Of a stretch of DNA of 64,000 nucleotides, positions 1 through 14,108 are shown piece by piece. The notes under the pieces were generated by a model. The model had not been told where the DNA came from, did not search any database, and saw only the letters and a list, made by a program, of their open reading frames with translations. Both the position numbers and the translations under genes were made by a program. The DNA comes from Phoronis australis (lineage: Eukaryota > Animalia > Phoronida), in NCBI GenBank assembly GCA_002633005.1, contig NMRA01000940.1:1-64000 (forward strand), given 5' to 3'. Position 1 is the stretch's first letter, and each line of letters opens with the position of its first letter.

Positions 1-157
1 ACAATGCTGCACTGAGCGCATGTCGGCGGTTGCCGTTGTTTACTAATCACTATGTTGCCGTGATCAGGTATTGGTTCAAACTTCTCAAAATGCCTCCTCG
101 CATGACTTTGACCAAAATGGTCGGCACTCCCGAAATTGAGCCACATCTCGGACTTAC

Positions 158-772
158 ACAGCCGATTTCATAAAGGTGGTTTAAAGTTTAACCTGTTTTA
201 AACTGGACTGGTCGAGCAGGGCGTTATCGTCATAAGCGCTACGGGTTTGACTGAAGACAACATTTTCTGATTCTTCTGAGTTCCACCTCCATTGGTCTCC
301 GATTTAATGTTGCCGGGAAGGGGTCTTGCCCCCCCCCTTTGGCCGCGGAAAATAAACACTAAAACGGCACGGAAATAAATTTGGACATTTATGATGTTAC
401 GGCTAATCGTGAGCATGTACTTTAATGTGTGTATACGTGTGTAGGTCACACACATTACATTTTTCCTCATGAGAAAAGCTTTTACACCTTTTTCGCAAAT
501 GTCTACACTGATTCTACTATACAGTGTGTGCCATTGTATACCCACGTGATCAAGATTTCATTGAAGCACTTCAATAGTTTCTTTGTTGGGTTAAACCAGA
601 TCGACACAGCAGGGTGGTATAGATACTTTAAACCTGGTTTTACTAAACTGGCTCCCTGGTCTAACAAAACCAGGTGAAATGCAAATTGGGTCTAAAATTA
701 GACCAGGTGTAGGAAGACCAGGTTTAAGTCTTCAACCTGTTTTTTTTAAACCACCTTTATGAAATCGGCTGT
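158..772. mobile_element. MITE (~615 bp) with ~28-bp terminal inverted repeats, possibly PIF/Harbinger-like
   Basis: Left end ACAGCCGATTTCATAAAGGTGGTTTAAA (158-185) is the reverse complement of TTTAAACCACCTTTATGAAATCGGCTGT (745-772). Flanks tac/taa are an imperfect 3-bp TSD. No coding capacity. Superfamily assignment is tentative. Confidence 0.7.
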
Positions 773-929
773 TAATGTTTTACTCCACGGTAGAGCTAAC
801 TGCTGTCGGCTTGTGCACACAAAAACTGTGAGTTAACCGGCACTCACCTTGCACGTTGCAGCCGTTTAAGTGAAAAACTATATAGTTAACGTCATTGCAT
901 AATCCTCCGCCTTTTGTAACAAAAAAGTC

Positions 930-1410
930 TGTCGTCGATGACCCGCACACGCACTCACTCTCATACGCAGACGAACATCAAAACAAACGTCACGTTACAA
1001 CAACGTGTGTTCATCCAGAGATTTTTCTCGTGTTGCGGGGTACGATGTAGCGCAGATTTGGACTTAATCACAATTAATTTGGACTCCACATGAGCTTTAA
1101 AAATTTTAAAACATAAGGAAGATTTCAGGTAATTTATTGAGTCGAAACTATATTTTTATTCAAGAATTCAAGTTTTCCTATTGATGATCGCGATTCAGCG
1201 ACCTATCAGTCGGCAAGTTTTCGCCCTAGGATTTGAGCACAATTTTTTGAAAAATGATCGTAATTTAACAACGGAGTTTGATAGCAATGCACCACAATTT
1301 TGTAGAAAGGCTGTCATAGGCTACAAATACGTCACAGAGCATAAATTTGATGAATCCTAGCTTCCGATTTTACCCGGCGTTTCGGAAACCGGATTTCAAC
1401 TGCCTTAGGC
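930..1410 (+). repeat. Dispersed repeat: partial copy of the internal part of the pogo/Tc1-like MITE at 40238-41364
   Basis: Long collinear match to ~40835-41340 (e.g. GATTTCAGGTAATTT, GAGTCGAAACTAT, CAAGAATTCAAGTT, ATCAGTCGGCAAGTTTTCGCCC, GAGTTTGATAGCAATGCACCACA, AAATTTGATGAATCCTAGCTTCCGATTT). The match stops just before the TIR. Confidence 0.85.
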
Positions 1411-4359
1411 TACAAAAAGCGTCCCCTCCCCGTGAAATTAATTTTTCTAAGCGCTATTTCCACCAAGGCTAGGTGATGCAACGACATTAAAGTTTATAAC
1501 TATATTCTAGTTCAGTCGTATATGGAAGAGTGGGCACAAGTTATATACAACTCTCAAGTTACTCAGGGCAAAAATCTGGTTAAAGGAAATTGAAAGAAGT
1601 AATTAAAGAATGAATCCCGGGCGCCGCACTCTCTTTGATCCTGCAAAGTCCGCGCTCAGGAGAATGACGAGCTTTGAAAATTCCCCGCGCATATCGAGAA
1701 ATGCGTGACTTCCCTGTAAGCGTATTATTCACGTTATGGCCCCCGCTTTTTACGACCCTGTCGAATGATGTATCATAAGACATGCAGTGACCACCGTCTC
1801 AGTAGTTGACCCCATTCAGTTGTGGTAGCCAAATGATAGACTCAATGGTCACTCGGCGTCCAGTGTCGTAACTGTGACAGGCACCCACACATTCAAGCCT
1901 CAACTAGGCCGTCCGCACCATTCATGAATTATAATAAAACTTGATCAACATTATTAAAACTGAACTCGGCCGACGCCTAGCTCAATATAGTCATGGCGGT
2001 GACATCTACAAGGCAATAGATTGATTTTGTGCCTCAGTACTGTACTGGGAGTGCCGGTGAAGAAGCCTATCTGGTGAATCAGGAACTCTAATCAAAATGC
2101 CGCAGCGATGGTGACAACTTGAGAACACAGCTCAGCCAAATCACGCGTTGAAGCCCGAGAGGCTCTATCGTCCGTGAAGCGTCAATTAAGTTGATATGAA
2201 TCTGTAGTTTTTCGAATTGAACTCTAGATAATTACCTTGTGAGTGGTGATAGCAGCCGGTAAGGAAAAAGAGCACGGGAACGCATAACAATGGATTAGAG
2301 TTTGATATCGGTTGTCCTATCTGGATTGAGTATTTTGTGCATCCCGTGACAGTTTTCGACGGTAAATCTCGGCCTAGGACTATTTATTTTCTAAATTGGG
2401 GTTCTCGTCTATAATGTTAACTTGGGTGGTTCTTTGTAGAATTCCGCAGTCGAGGGTCTCAGTTGCATTCTCAAAGAAGTGTTTGTGTTTAGTTGTTGGG
2501 ATCTGTTTCCTCGTCACATTCTTATCTGGAAGGCGCCCGACCTAGCTACCAACACGAAGGCCAACTATAGTCCAAACCGAGCTTATAAAATCAATATACA
2601 AATGCAACAATCCGATTATGGTTTTCCGCGTTCCACGAGACAACTCAGAATGCCTAGTACATGCTGAGAATCCTTGGTCCTAACTGATAACACTTTTTTC
2701 CGAAACTTTGAATTAATCCTCAGTATTTTCTGCACGTAAAACATTAACCACTGACAATTGGTGATGATAGCTGGGGTTGGCGCAGGCACCACTCGCTGAT
2801 CGAGTAGGACAAAAATTGAGGCGATACATTCAGCACTGTTGTAAATGAGCCGGGGCTATTGTGTATACGGTGAAATGAAAAACATCGCATATTTCACCAA
2901 ATATATACCATCGAGGAATATTCATGAATAATCGCCAAGCACAGTTTCCGTTCTGTCAGCTGAAGTTTAGTTGGTCGGATATGGCCAGGGAAAGGCGGAC
3001 AATCTGATCGTGCGGACAGAAACGCAATCTAGTTCACGGCCACGCAGCGGAGCCTGTTTTCGAGATAAGCGAAAATCTATCCGGACACCACGTAGATCAC
3101 TGTTTTAAATTGGTCCGAATTGGAAAGTATCGCCAGATTTCGTTACTCAGCATAAAAATATCAGTTGCGAGTGGCCTTTATCACATCCTAACATTTTGAG
3201 ACTTACACATTCGTTGTGAGCTCCTCTGTAACTTTCCAACCAATCAGCAGCACGGTTTTGGCAATGAATCTATAACCTTTATCCTTATGCTTTCATTGGC
3301 TTTCCTGATAAAATTTCGAACTTTTTGTAGTTACCTCAACAGAAATGCCCATTTCAGCAACTTTTAGTTAAAAGTATTGAATATCAACTGGATTTTCATG
3401 TATTACTGTCGAAGAAAGTACTTGTCAAACGAAGCTCGGAAAATCAACTGGTTGCAAGTGTCATACCATTTGTGTATAATTTGACTTTTATACACCCTTT
3501 TACATGTACATTAATTTGGTCATTGTTGTTTAATATACTAGATACTGGAATGTATGCATCGGAATGGAGTATTAAAATGCCATTACTTAAACAAAGTAAC
3601 AAAAATTATCCGGGAAACTACAGAGGAATTAAGCCTACTCTTCTGAAAGAGAAGGGAAAGTATTTGCCAGTCTTTAGCCACGATCAACAGGCTGCGAACG
3701 GTCAAATACAGATTTAAATCAAGTTCAGGCGGGTTTCCGCCGGAAAGGTTACTCAGTTCAACTGACAATACGTTTATTTAGAGAGTACTATACATCATTA
3801 GACGGAGAGTCAGATTTTATTGTTTGGTTGTCGATTTTAATCATGCATACATGACTTTAGTTGTTTGCGCGCCCAAAGTGGCAAGGACGGGGCCTTAAAT
3901 GTGAAAGATGGCGCTGCGCTGGAAATTTAAAAGGGCCTCTGACCGGGTTTGGCCGGTGTGACGGTGTTAGATACAAGGGGGCTTCAGCGATAAAGAATGA
4001 AATAATAATAGGCACAATGTTCGGATGTCCTGCAAGATATGTATAGAAAAATGTGAAATTTCCTGTACACGTGAATTATGATGGTTATTTAATTAAGCCC
4101 TTACCTTAGTCCGAGATTTTATCAAAGTATTTTGAATGTTCATCAGATCAGCAATTGCATGTTGACAATTGTCATTTTTGCATTTCATATGTGAATGACC
4201 TCAGTGGCTGAAACAACTAAGATTTGGAAAAGTCTGGTGGTTCTCTGTCTAGTAAAATGCAAATATTGGCCTAGTGAATTGAACCATGCCGTTTATTGAT
4301 CGCCGACGGACGATCTAGAGATGTTTGCTACCTATTCACGCTGCTTGCGTCATTGGCAA

Positions 4360-4543
4360 AGTGGGCAAAAAGGTCCACCTTAGTCCGAGAAAAATGAGAC
4401 AAAAGTCCACTAAAGAGGCTGGATTCGGCGTATGCACAATTCATAGCCCTGAATGAACCCCGTATTCGGTTTGTTTTTCTTTAGTAAAAGGTACACATCC
4501 TCAAAAATTCGAGCCTCTCTGTATTATACGCTGGGTGCGCGCC
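4360..4543 (+). repeat. Degenerate copy of the MITE family seen at 54236-54472
   Basis: Shares CAAAAAGGTCC, AGTCCGAGAAAA-TGAGACAAA, TTCGAGCC and the terminal GCTGGGTGCGCGC with the 54236 element. Confidence 0.6.
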
Positions 4544-4769
4544 GATGTCGTCTGTGTAGTATGCACGGGAAATGCAAGCAAACGATTCAGTTTTGAGGAA
4601 CAAAACTTCATTGCACAATAAGATTGGAAACCAAAAACATCAAGGAAGTTCAAAGACAGCATTTCCAAGCTGATGACCAATAGGTTTGATTTTATTTAAG
4701 AACTTCGTTTTCGATCTACGGTTTGTAAACTTAAACCCAGTTATCTTGTTCCTAAGCCAGTAAACAAGT

Positions 4770-5715
4770 TATTGTCATTTGAATTATGAGAACATTTTAG
4801 GACACATTGTTGAGCTGTCCGAAATTCATCAATTTCCTTGAGACTTATTTCAGCTAGACAAAAATCGTTTATTGTACTTTTATATTTGAGGATCAGATGA
4901 TGGATCGAATTTTCCCAATGTCGGCCTGCAATTAAGCTCATTGAAGTGTGACGGGACGTTAGCAACTTTACGCTTATTGTTATTCTTATTTAGTTGCAAA
5001 TGTTCAGTTATTCTTATGCTAGTGTCTTTGTTGCGTCTCAGTGCGCCTTTGTTTCGTGGTCATGCGGGCGCGACTGCATGTGTCGGGCACTTCACTAGCG
5101 ACAGGCTTAGGAGAAGGGAGTTTCCTTCCTTTGCCTACATGAAATTGATCGTTATCATGTGTAACTGAACTGAACGTATGCCTGATGAAGTGAAATACAC
5201 ATTTTTGATGCTCAGTGGAGACTTGCTCTGTCATTGTCATTTCTTACCAGATTAGCTTCTAATTGTCAAAAAACCATCTTTCAATCAGTCCACTTTCGTA
5301 GTATCTCATACATAAACATGTAAATCAGAAATTAACAACCAAATCCATTAGCAATGCGTTTACTTTGATTTAATGACTTAATTCCTTTTTGATACCCTAT
5401 GACTTTCAACAAAACAAATCTTGTACCGAAGTCAAAAAGCAATGCATATATTGTCATATGAATTGTGAGTAAAGTTTTTTGGGAAGTGTCCAAATTCATC
5501 AATGTTTGTGAGAGTTATTTTAGATAGGCAAAAAGCGTCCAAATGCACTTTACTATCTGGGGATCGGATTATAATAGCTTTTTCCATATTCTTCAGGCTT
5601 CAACTAAATTACCTGAATCGTCATCATTTCTTAAAAGAAGATTAGCTTTTAAATGCCAAAAATCACCTATTAACCTGTCGGTTTTTGTAAATACATAAAA
5701 ATGTAAATCAGAAGC
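4770..5715 (+). repeat. Old, diverged direct duplication; the first copy appears to be interrupted by an insert
   Basis: ~4770-4920 resembles ~5450-5590 (gtcatTtgaattAtgag/gtcatAtgaattGtgag; aaattcatcaat). ~5237-5332 resembles ~5623-5712 (catttctta..gattagctt..tacataaa.atgtaaatcagaa). Confidence 0.5.
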
Positions 5716-7625
5716 CTACGAATTTGTTGATCAAAACGGAATGTTATAAGCAATTTACGCAGGCATTCTAGTAGATTTTTGACGGGTAACCGGGGGAATT
5801 GGGAGATTGGGTATTCATAGTAAGGTGTATTTTTGCTCTTTCCGAGGTACATATAACGGTTCACGAATTTAACTTGATCTAAAATAAAAACGCTGAAATA
5901 TTTGTTTAATTTGTCAATTATTGCATGTTTTTGGGTACACTTGTTCGACAAATGTCTCCCCAATGGTTGGCTCGGCAGCAGTGTTTTCCATGTGGAAATT
6001 CCTTACAAACAAGTCATAGTAACCATCTTCAAAAGAGATACTATTCTTGTGACAATATGGGAAACAGTAACATTATTTTATAACTAAACATCGGAAATTA
6101 AAACAAACAGCGGTCTTCACGTTCTTTAAATTCCTGACTCCCTTTCGATGGCGGTCAATCCTATTGTTTTTTTTTTCACATTTTTGGTTGTTTGGGTCGA
6201 ATGTCTTCATACTGCTGTGCTGTGCACGCCGTTTTGGGCTTTTTGAGGAATTTCTTTCGAATCACAACTTCCTTCGTGAATACTTGGCATGAGTGTCGGA
6301 TTTACATGATGTAGAGGACAAAGGGACATTTCTCCAAACTGCTCCACCGAGAGAGGGTCCCGTCTGAAATGGGACACCTTAATCATGAAAAGTTAACACG
6401 ATTAAGCTTGGAAAAGAGTGACAGTTCATTCCACCGCCGTGTGGACAGACCGTCGGTGCAGGAACTGACAACAAGAAGTTGTTGCACGATTTCATAAAAA
6501 ACAGGAAAATATCGAATCCGTTGCAACATTGCGTCCTCTCTCCATGAACGTACCCTTAAGAATTTGTCAATAGAAACATAAAAATTATGGCCACTGCCAT
6601 CTGTGGCCTCCTTCAGACGTGGGGCCCCTCTGCGGTGTGAAAATATCTATATTTTCAAAAATCAAGAAATGTGCAGCAATTAATTGATGATATCTGTCAG
6701 GTCATCAACTGAGTGATATACAATTCGAGAAAGAAGCAGTTCATTATCCCCGTTATCCATTGCCAGAGAGGGGCCTCTGGATTGCCGGCGAACAAATTGC
6801 TCCGGGACATAAAGTGATCCATAATTTAAACTTTGAGTTTATTTGAGACGTACCCGGCCGGGCTGAGTACACTGAGATCTGTGTGTGAGACCGAGACCGC
6901 CAGAGGCCGTGATATGCCGTACAAGTGAACTCCTAGCGGCGGGGAACGACGTTAACACTTTTGCTGGTCATAAAATAAACTTCTCCACAAAGAAGTACTG
7001 AGGACCAGTGTACCACCAGCCACCGCGACTTGCAACAAGATGCATTGTGAACGTATTCTGTCAACGGACTGAAATCATGCGCGTGTTACAGTCTTGTTTT
7101 TAACTCGCTGCCGATTGCCCGCTGTAAGTTAAACTTGGGGAATAAGCAGAGTCTGGTGGATGACTGTGGTTACAAATACTGGTAGGCCTACTTCAGGGTA
7201 GGCTACGATACAATCTCGGTGACAGAGTCGACGCGATCGAGTCTGTGATTTGATTAGCTGAAGACAAGTTAGGACGATTAGATGCGACAAAATAATAGTG
7301 ACTTGCCATTGAAGATGAAGCCGTTTCCTGAAAAGCACGCGAGTTAAAAATTACAGTTGTAAGAATTTGTGTTCACGTGTAACGAACACTTCAGTGGCTG
7401 ATAGCAACAATGATTGTACATTGAAATTTCAGTTCAAGCAAGGCTTAACCCTTTGCTTTTAGAAAAAGGAACTTGAACTATGCATCGAAATTATATGTTA
7501 ACATCTTTTATTTTCATGTTTTTTATTATTCTGAACTTTTAGTAACAATAATGCTTTATGTAAGGTGTCTAGTTTTTTTTGGTAAAACAGTCTAGCTAAG
7601 CTCATAAAAATATTTTTCAGAGGCC

Positions 7626-10600
7626 ATGGCATTAGTGCCCCCTAGTGAGTGTACAGATACAACTGAGGCACTTGAGCTGTTCAGTCCTCAAGGCCTGTCT
7701 TTGAAGCCCATCGCCAAAGTCAATGTCAGCGTTCAACTCCCACAGATCAAGTCTCCGGGCAAGACTATCTCAAACTGGGAGGTGATGGAAAAAATCAAAT
7801 ATTTCATTAGACCTGACCAGTTTCTGTTACTCAAGGTATCAAAGAGCACCCTAGAGTTCATTCGCTTCGAGGGAGAAGTTGAAAATAAGTCTCTCATCAA
7901 AAACGTTATTGCCAGAATTGATGGGAAAGTCATCAAGCTAAGCGGTTTTCCGGAGCAGTTAAAAGTGCGAGCAGCTGAGGCCAAGGTGCACTTTCCAACG
8001 AGGCACGACTGGGACTCATATTTTCGAGATGCCAAAAACATGAACGAGATGAAACCCGGTGAACGTCCTGACACAATTGTGTTCAAGGATCTACCGTCTC
8101 GTTGGTTTGCTAATAAGAAGGACAGCGATAAGGATAAACCTAGTGAATACATACTCAAGAAAGTGTTTGAAACATTTGGTGAAATTAGGTGTGTAGACAT
8201 TCCAATGTTGGATCCTTACAGGAAGGAGATGTCATCAAAAGGGACCACTATACAGACATTCAGCTATGGCCAGGATCTCACATTCGATGCATTTGTTCAA
8301 TACAAAGAGTACATTGGCTTTGTGAAAGCAATGAATGCTCTCCGCGGCATGAAACTCATGTATAAAGGTGAAGACGGGAAATCTCTCACGGCCAACATTA
8401 AGGTGATTGCCGTGGATTACGTTGTGTTGTCTTCAAATTTGCTCTGACTTATACTCTGTTGATAGACTCATAATTGCAGTAAAACCCCATTAGCTTAAAG
8501 ATTTGATTCAGATACAGGGATCATTTTAGAAAAACGGGGCCTCAAGTCTTTGGGCTAATTTGGAGCACCTATGGGCCATGTTTGTCTTTTATCCTTTTTC
8601 CCTTTCAACTTTAATGGGCTCGTTGGCTCGAGTTCAGCAATTATAGTGTGTCAATTAAATTATTTTTGTGCCTATGACGCACTCCTAAAATTATCCAAAA
8701 TGAGAAATATTCTAGCGTGTTTTTTTTCCACTGAAGGAATTACTATTTTGTCCTCACAAGGAATTATCTCCCGGCCATTGAGTTTACCTGAAAATGTTTG
8801 CCCGGCATAAGATTTTTAGTTTTAAAAGTTTCTTAGCATTGTTTTATGTCAGAAATGCACTCTAGTATATAATTTTTCCACTGAAATTTTCCTGATAGCA
8901 ATCAGCATCACAAAAGGCAAATCAGTGTGTGTAGCCCATGCCAAAATGTCGAAATTTGTATGACGTTTTGAAAATTCTTACATTGCTTCATACAAAGTTG
9001 ACAGCTATTGGCATGATGTTTTTTTCTAAGATCTGCAATCTGACTACAGAGGTCTCTTTCAGTACTAACTGTCAGATGCATGTAATCGATGCATGAATTT
9101 AAGAACACACTTGCAACTTTTCATAAACTGTCTCATACGCTGTTGTGACAGCTTCCACACCTGGCTCGGTATCTATGGTAACATCTAAAACATAGATGTC
9201 TTGTAGACATGACCACCTTTCACACCAGTTTATCCACTGCTTACTTCCAAGGTTGTTTCCATGTAATACGCTTCTGTGTTCTGACTGGTGTACACCCCAC
9301 AGGTACACTCATCATTATTGTGTGTCCGTTTTGTTTGTTGTGTGGAAGACCTTTTTTGTATAGATGTGGTATTCGTCACCTATTTATATGCAGTGGTCCT
9401 GTGGATTGCACTTATGAACCTATTCCTGGTTATACTAACACAGACACTTACAGTAAAAATTCTCCAGTTTGGGCAGTCTCTAAATTTTGGCATACCGAAA
9501 TTCAAGCCAAATTTTCTTGATTCTAAATATTGAGACATGGGCGAGTTTGGTACTCGTTGTATTTCTTAAATATCAGCCATTGCATTTTGCATCAACAAAT
9601 TCTGAAATTCGACTTCACAGTTCATAATATCGAAGAAAATAACGGGACGCAACGTTTTCATGCACCCACACATTGTTTAACATTGTATTAAACGATTGTT
9701 TGTCGTTGATCATCATTCTTGAATTTGGTACAAGCTCCAACCTCGATTTTTCACTGTCCCAAACTGGGGAATTTTTCCTGTATTGCGTAAAGTCAGGGAC
9801 TAAACCTTTGACACTCTGCTTGAAAACTAGGTGGACTTTGACAAGACAAAACACTTGTCAGACAAAACCATCAGGAAGAGACGGCTAGAACGGGAGAAAC
9901 TGGAAGAGCTAGAGCGAGAGCGGGAAGAGAAAGTGAGACGCGAGCGGGAAGAAGAGGAACGCGTGAAAGAAGAAGAAAGGTTGGTGATAATCGCAAATCT
10001 TGAGCGAACGCTCTGATGAAAAATTGAGCTGGACAAAGTGCATGTATTTATCCATTATTGACGCTGTGTAATATTGATTCCTTAAATCCTCTTGGTAGAT
10101 TCTGAGACTGACTAACGTTCAATGAGCTTACTTGTTTTAATTAAGCTTGTTTTTATTACCCGTGAAGTATTATTTTTAGCGTATTAAACAACATATGCTG
10201 AACTTTGAAGCTTAACATGTTTATGGTAAATTAAGCTTGTGAAATTTTATTGTCTTGGCAGTTTTTGATTTATCATATTTCTTTATTTAAAAGGTCTTGG
10301 AAAAATTTCATTCATTCATTCGTTGTTCATTTGATGAAAAGACATTGTTATTTGTTGTGTAAACGACTTCCTGCGGATTGATTGAACATTTTCTCACATT
10401 CAGGTTAAAAAAAGAAGCGGAAGAAAGGGAGAGATTACGGAAGAAAGAAGAAAAAATACGTCGACAGGAAGAGAGACGAAAAGAGCGAGAGGAGAAACGG
10501 CGAGCAAAAAGAGTGGAAAAGAAACGCAAAGAAGAGGAAAAGAGGGTCCAGTTGAAAATAGCCGTGGAAGAGAGAAAAATTTTACTTGCTCAACGGAAAC

Positions 10601-11970
10601 TGGAGAGTATACGACTGCTGACTGAGTTGTTTCGAAAAGTGCGGGTAGGTCCAACGTTGTGCTTTGTCCGAACGGATTTCTATTTAGTATTGCCTTGGAG
10701 ATGGGGTAAATTGTCTCCAACATGTGTCATCAAGTTGCCCCAGCACAAATACTAAACCTAGTGGCAAACACTTTCCGGGAGAAATTTATTCCAGGGTAAC
10801 TCGTAGCATGGATTACACGAAGGGTGGGGGTTAAAGGTCAACGAAACAGGATATAATAAGTGATTTTTTTAACATTTACGGGTGGACTTGAAGCTGAATA
10901 TGTGTATGGAGTCAAAGTGATACGAGCATTTACGCTATGTGATTAATAGCATGTTAACTGAACTGGGAATCGACTTATTTTCATTGCTAGGAGAAATTTT
11001 GTCAGTCTGACAGATTTTTGCTTAACTCCGGCAAAGTTCCGCTGTTTACTTGTTCTAGTTCATGCTTTTGATACGTTTCAAATATGCCCGATTTCACGTT
11101 ACACGAATACAGTGCCTGGGTCTAGTTGGATACAATATGAGTTATACGAGTTATAAACCATACAGGAGTTTTCTACAAACATTACCATTTTAAATACACC
11201 AAGTGGGTGTGTAGCTTATCTGCAGTTACACACTGGGCATACATTTAGAAAAAATCTGCACTATTCAATCCAAACTTTTTCTTAAGAAATGAACTCCAAA
11301 ATTGTAACTAATAATATATTTTCAACACTACTTATGTTAGTCTTATTAAACATGTCAATTTTCTTTACGGTAATTTAGTGAGGCAACTTTCCATTGGCAC
11401 ACCGCTTAGTTTTCATACACCCGAGCATATGGTGTATTTGACTTTTGGTCCCTTAACTGACATTTTGCAAAAGAACGCCTGGGTTTGTCTGCAGAAATCT
11501 CCAGTAATGTGCAGCCACTGGTTGTTTGTGTTTACTTCATAACATCATGTATTTATACCACTTGTTTGTCTGCAGAGATCTCCAGTAATGTGCAGCCACT
11601 GGTTGTATGTGTTTAATTTCATAACATCATGTATTTATACCACTTGTTTAATCATAACATTGTATGTGGTGTATTGCAGGCCATCAAGGCCAAAGAGGAG
11701 CTAGAGCGTAAGGAGCGAGAGCTGGAGTTGGAACAGCAGCGGAAGGCGGAGGAAGAGAGACTGAGAAAAATAGAGATGGAGAAGAAAAAATTGGACCGGG
11801 AGAAACGGAAGAAGCAGGATCTTGAACGACAAGAACACGAGCTTCGGGAGAAGATCCTGAAGAACATGAAGATGGTGGAGGAGAAGAAGCAGGAGGCTTA
11901 TCGAGAAGAGCTCAGGAAGAAGATCGCTGGCAACACGAGGTTAAAGAGCGCAGTGGTCATGAAGAAATGA
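7626..11970 (+). CDS. AKAP17A: A-kinase anchor protein 17A / splicing factor XE7 homolog, 4 coding exons, ~485 aa
   Basis: Exons 7626-8402, 9831-9979, 10404-10644, 11680-11970 (GT-AG, phases consistent, 1458 nt). Conserved motifs ISNWEVMEK, FPTRHDWDSYF, MKPGERPDT, VDIPMLDPYR, VQYKEYIGFVKAMNALRGMKL and VDFDKTKHLS, followed by an E/K/R coiled-coil. Confidence 0.93.
9451..9780. mobile_element. Tc1/mariner-type MITE (330 bp) in AKAP17A coding intron 1
   Basis: TA|CAGTAAAAATTCTCCAGTTTGGGCAG versus the right end, whose reverse complement reads TA|CAGGAAAAATTCCCCAGTTTGGGACAG. TA TSD on both sides. Ends 50 bp before the exon-2 acceptor. Confidence 0.8.
11483..11649 (+). repeat. Tandem duplication, 2 x ~81-83 bp, just upstream of the last AKAP17A acceptor
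   Basis: GTTTGTCTGCAGA.ATCTCCAGTAATGTGCAGCCACTGGTTGT...CATAACATCATGTATTTATACCACTT occurs at 11483 and 11564. Confidence 0.9.
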
Positions 11971-14108
11971 CTAGAGAAGGTGATGGCAGAGAGAATGGAG
12001 ATGGAGGGATACAGCTAGGTTCAAAGTGAAGCTCTCAGGAGTAGGTGAACGTTGCTGGTTACGTGATACGGAGTCACGGTCATGAGGCGAGGCTGGCATT
12101 GTTGGTGTACAATATAAATATAAAATGCGTACACTTGCTGCTGAAGGTAACATTTCGGATGTCACGAACGAATGGGAAATTTTTGGGTTTTGGACGTTTC
12201 AACAAGTGTTAGGTCTTAAGATGATGCTTAGATAATTTAGGTCTGTTTCACTAAAATTTCGTAACTAATGACATTTTTAAACACGGTAACGTTTCCTCTA
12301 ACTTAAACAAAATATTTGAAAAATTGTCGTTTTTCTACTTTTCAGATGTCGACTGCATTTCTCAAAATGCCCAAAATTTCATCAGTTGTGTTTGTTGCTG
12401 ACAGCTGTACAAAATAAAGTGTAAAAAGTAAAATTATCTTCCTGCTTTTTTGTTGAAAATTTCTATATAATTTTCTGCTCCACCATATTGTGTTCTAAAG
12501 TGAAAAAGTTACAATAAACTGTGACTTATAACTAGTCATAACTTTGGTGCGAGTCTCAGTTAAAAATGTTCTTAAGTTACAAAATTTTATATAAAGAGGC
12601 TCCTGGATATCATTTTGAAAATCTAACTTATAAATGAAGACTCGAGTATAGACTGATACAGTGAATAATGCCGCGAACTTATTTTATGCCAACCGACATT
12701 TCCCATGATATCCATTTTATGCCCCAACACTTGCCATGACCTCCAAAACATAACAATTTCCTTTAGGTGGACACTAAATTGTTACCTGTAGTGGAGGGCA
12801 ATCAACCTTTCCCATTAAAACTAATCAGCACTTGTCAAGTCTTTAGTCTCCACTTACGCTAAATTGCTCATGCTAGTCTGAAATGAAGTGTTGTTGTCCA
12901 GGTTACAGTATTCCGTTTTCATTCACTCCGCCATCACAATACTCATTTTTCTTCTCCACTTGTGTTTTACTCATTAGTTTTTTATGAAAAAGGTCTTTAC
13001 ATCACTTATCATGTTGAAGTAAAAGTTGACTAGTTCTCCTTAAACGTTAAGGTATTATTTATAGTGTACTACTGGTTTGCTTTCAGTCTTACTGTTAGCA
13101 GTGAGTATTTGGTGCTTGCTGTGCTGCTATTGACCATTGTATGTTAATGTTCAAGTGTTTTCTATTGAATTGAAAGTATCCAGACTTTGCGTCTGGCGTT
13201 ATACTTTATTATTAAGTAATAAGTATGTTTTTGTAAAAGAACCATTATTTGCAAATACAATCATGACCTTGACATGTCTGGTTGTTGTAACACCATGTAC
13301 AATAAATGTGTCGTGATAGACCATACCGTTTAGCCAGCTTATCTAGTACTCAGACAGTCAAAATTCCTAAAGAAACCGGAAATCTTTATTCAGTTGACAA
13401 CACATGGTTTCGGGTTCATACACATTAAAATTGACAGCATTAAAACAACAGTTGCTCAACTACAATGTTGGTTTGCACTTTCTCTCTTATGACGGACTCG
13501 CCTAGACTTAAATTGTGAGAAGCGTGTCCAGTTTACAGTTCCTGAAGTAACTAAGATTACACAATGGAATTTTTGCGATATGACCGTATCACCATACCAG
13601 GCACAGACCCAAGGTAGGTTCCAGGGTGACCAGACCCCCTGCTTCACCACGTACTTTATATTACTGCAATAGAGGAATATGAAATGCCCTCAAAGTCTAC
13701 GTTCTGCAGATCACCCCCTGGAAATGGTCGTGAATACCTACGTGGTTGACCTGCACTAATGGCAAATCTACAAATACTATTGATTATGGGACGTACAGCA
13801 TCCCATTGCATTTCGTGTACAAGTAAACCTGGAATTTAATCAGTTTACTGTCTAAAACATACTAGGTAACGAGATTCAACGAAAAAACTTTACGAGACTT
13901 GGCACTCACAATTGCTTTAACGTAACTACACTTCCTCACATTTGTAACAATCACAAATAATTGAAAATCTTTGTTCTCTAACATACAGCACTGTGTGAGA
14001 CGGATAACTTGAAGTTGGACAAGTCCCCAATTCCTGTTGTGACTACAACACACCAAATAGTGAGGTATCAACACTGTCTCACAAGCAGGGGACACAATCT
14101 TCATCCCC

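Noticed and set aside
1420-4350. CpG-richer stretch with short ORFs upstream of AKAP17A
   Set aside because: No recognisable protein motifs, splice-consistent exons or paired termini; probably old repeat fragments.
10012-10108. Possible C/D box snoRNA in AKAP17A intron 2 (TGATGA...CTGA)
   Set aside because: The C box lacks the leading purine, the terminal stem is weak, and I recognise no rRNA-complementary guide.
7733-11867. Minus-strand Ser/Arg/Phe-rich ORFs (7733-8200, 9827-10036, 10308-10529, 11652-11867)
   Set aside because: Antisense shadows of the AKAP17A exons.
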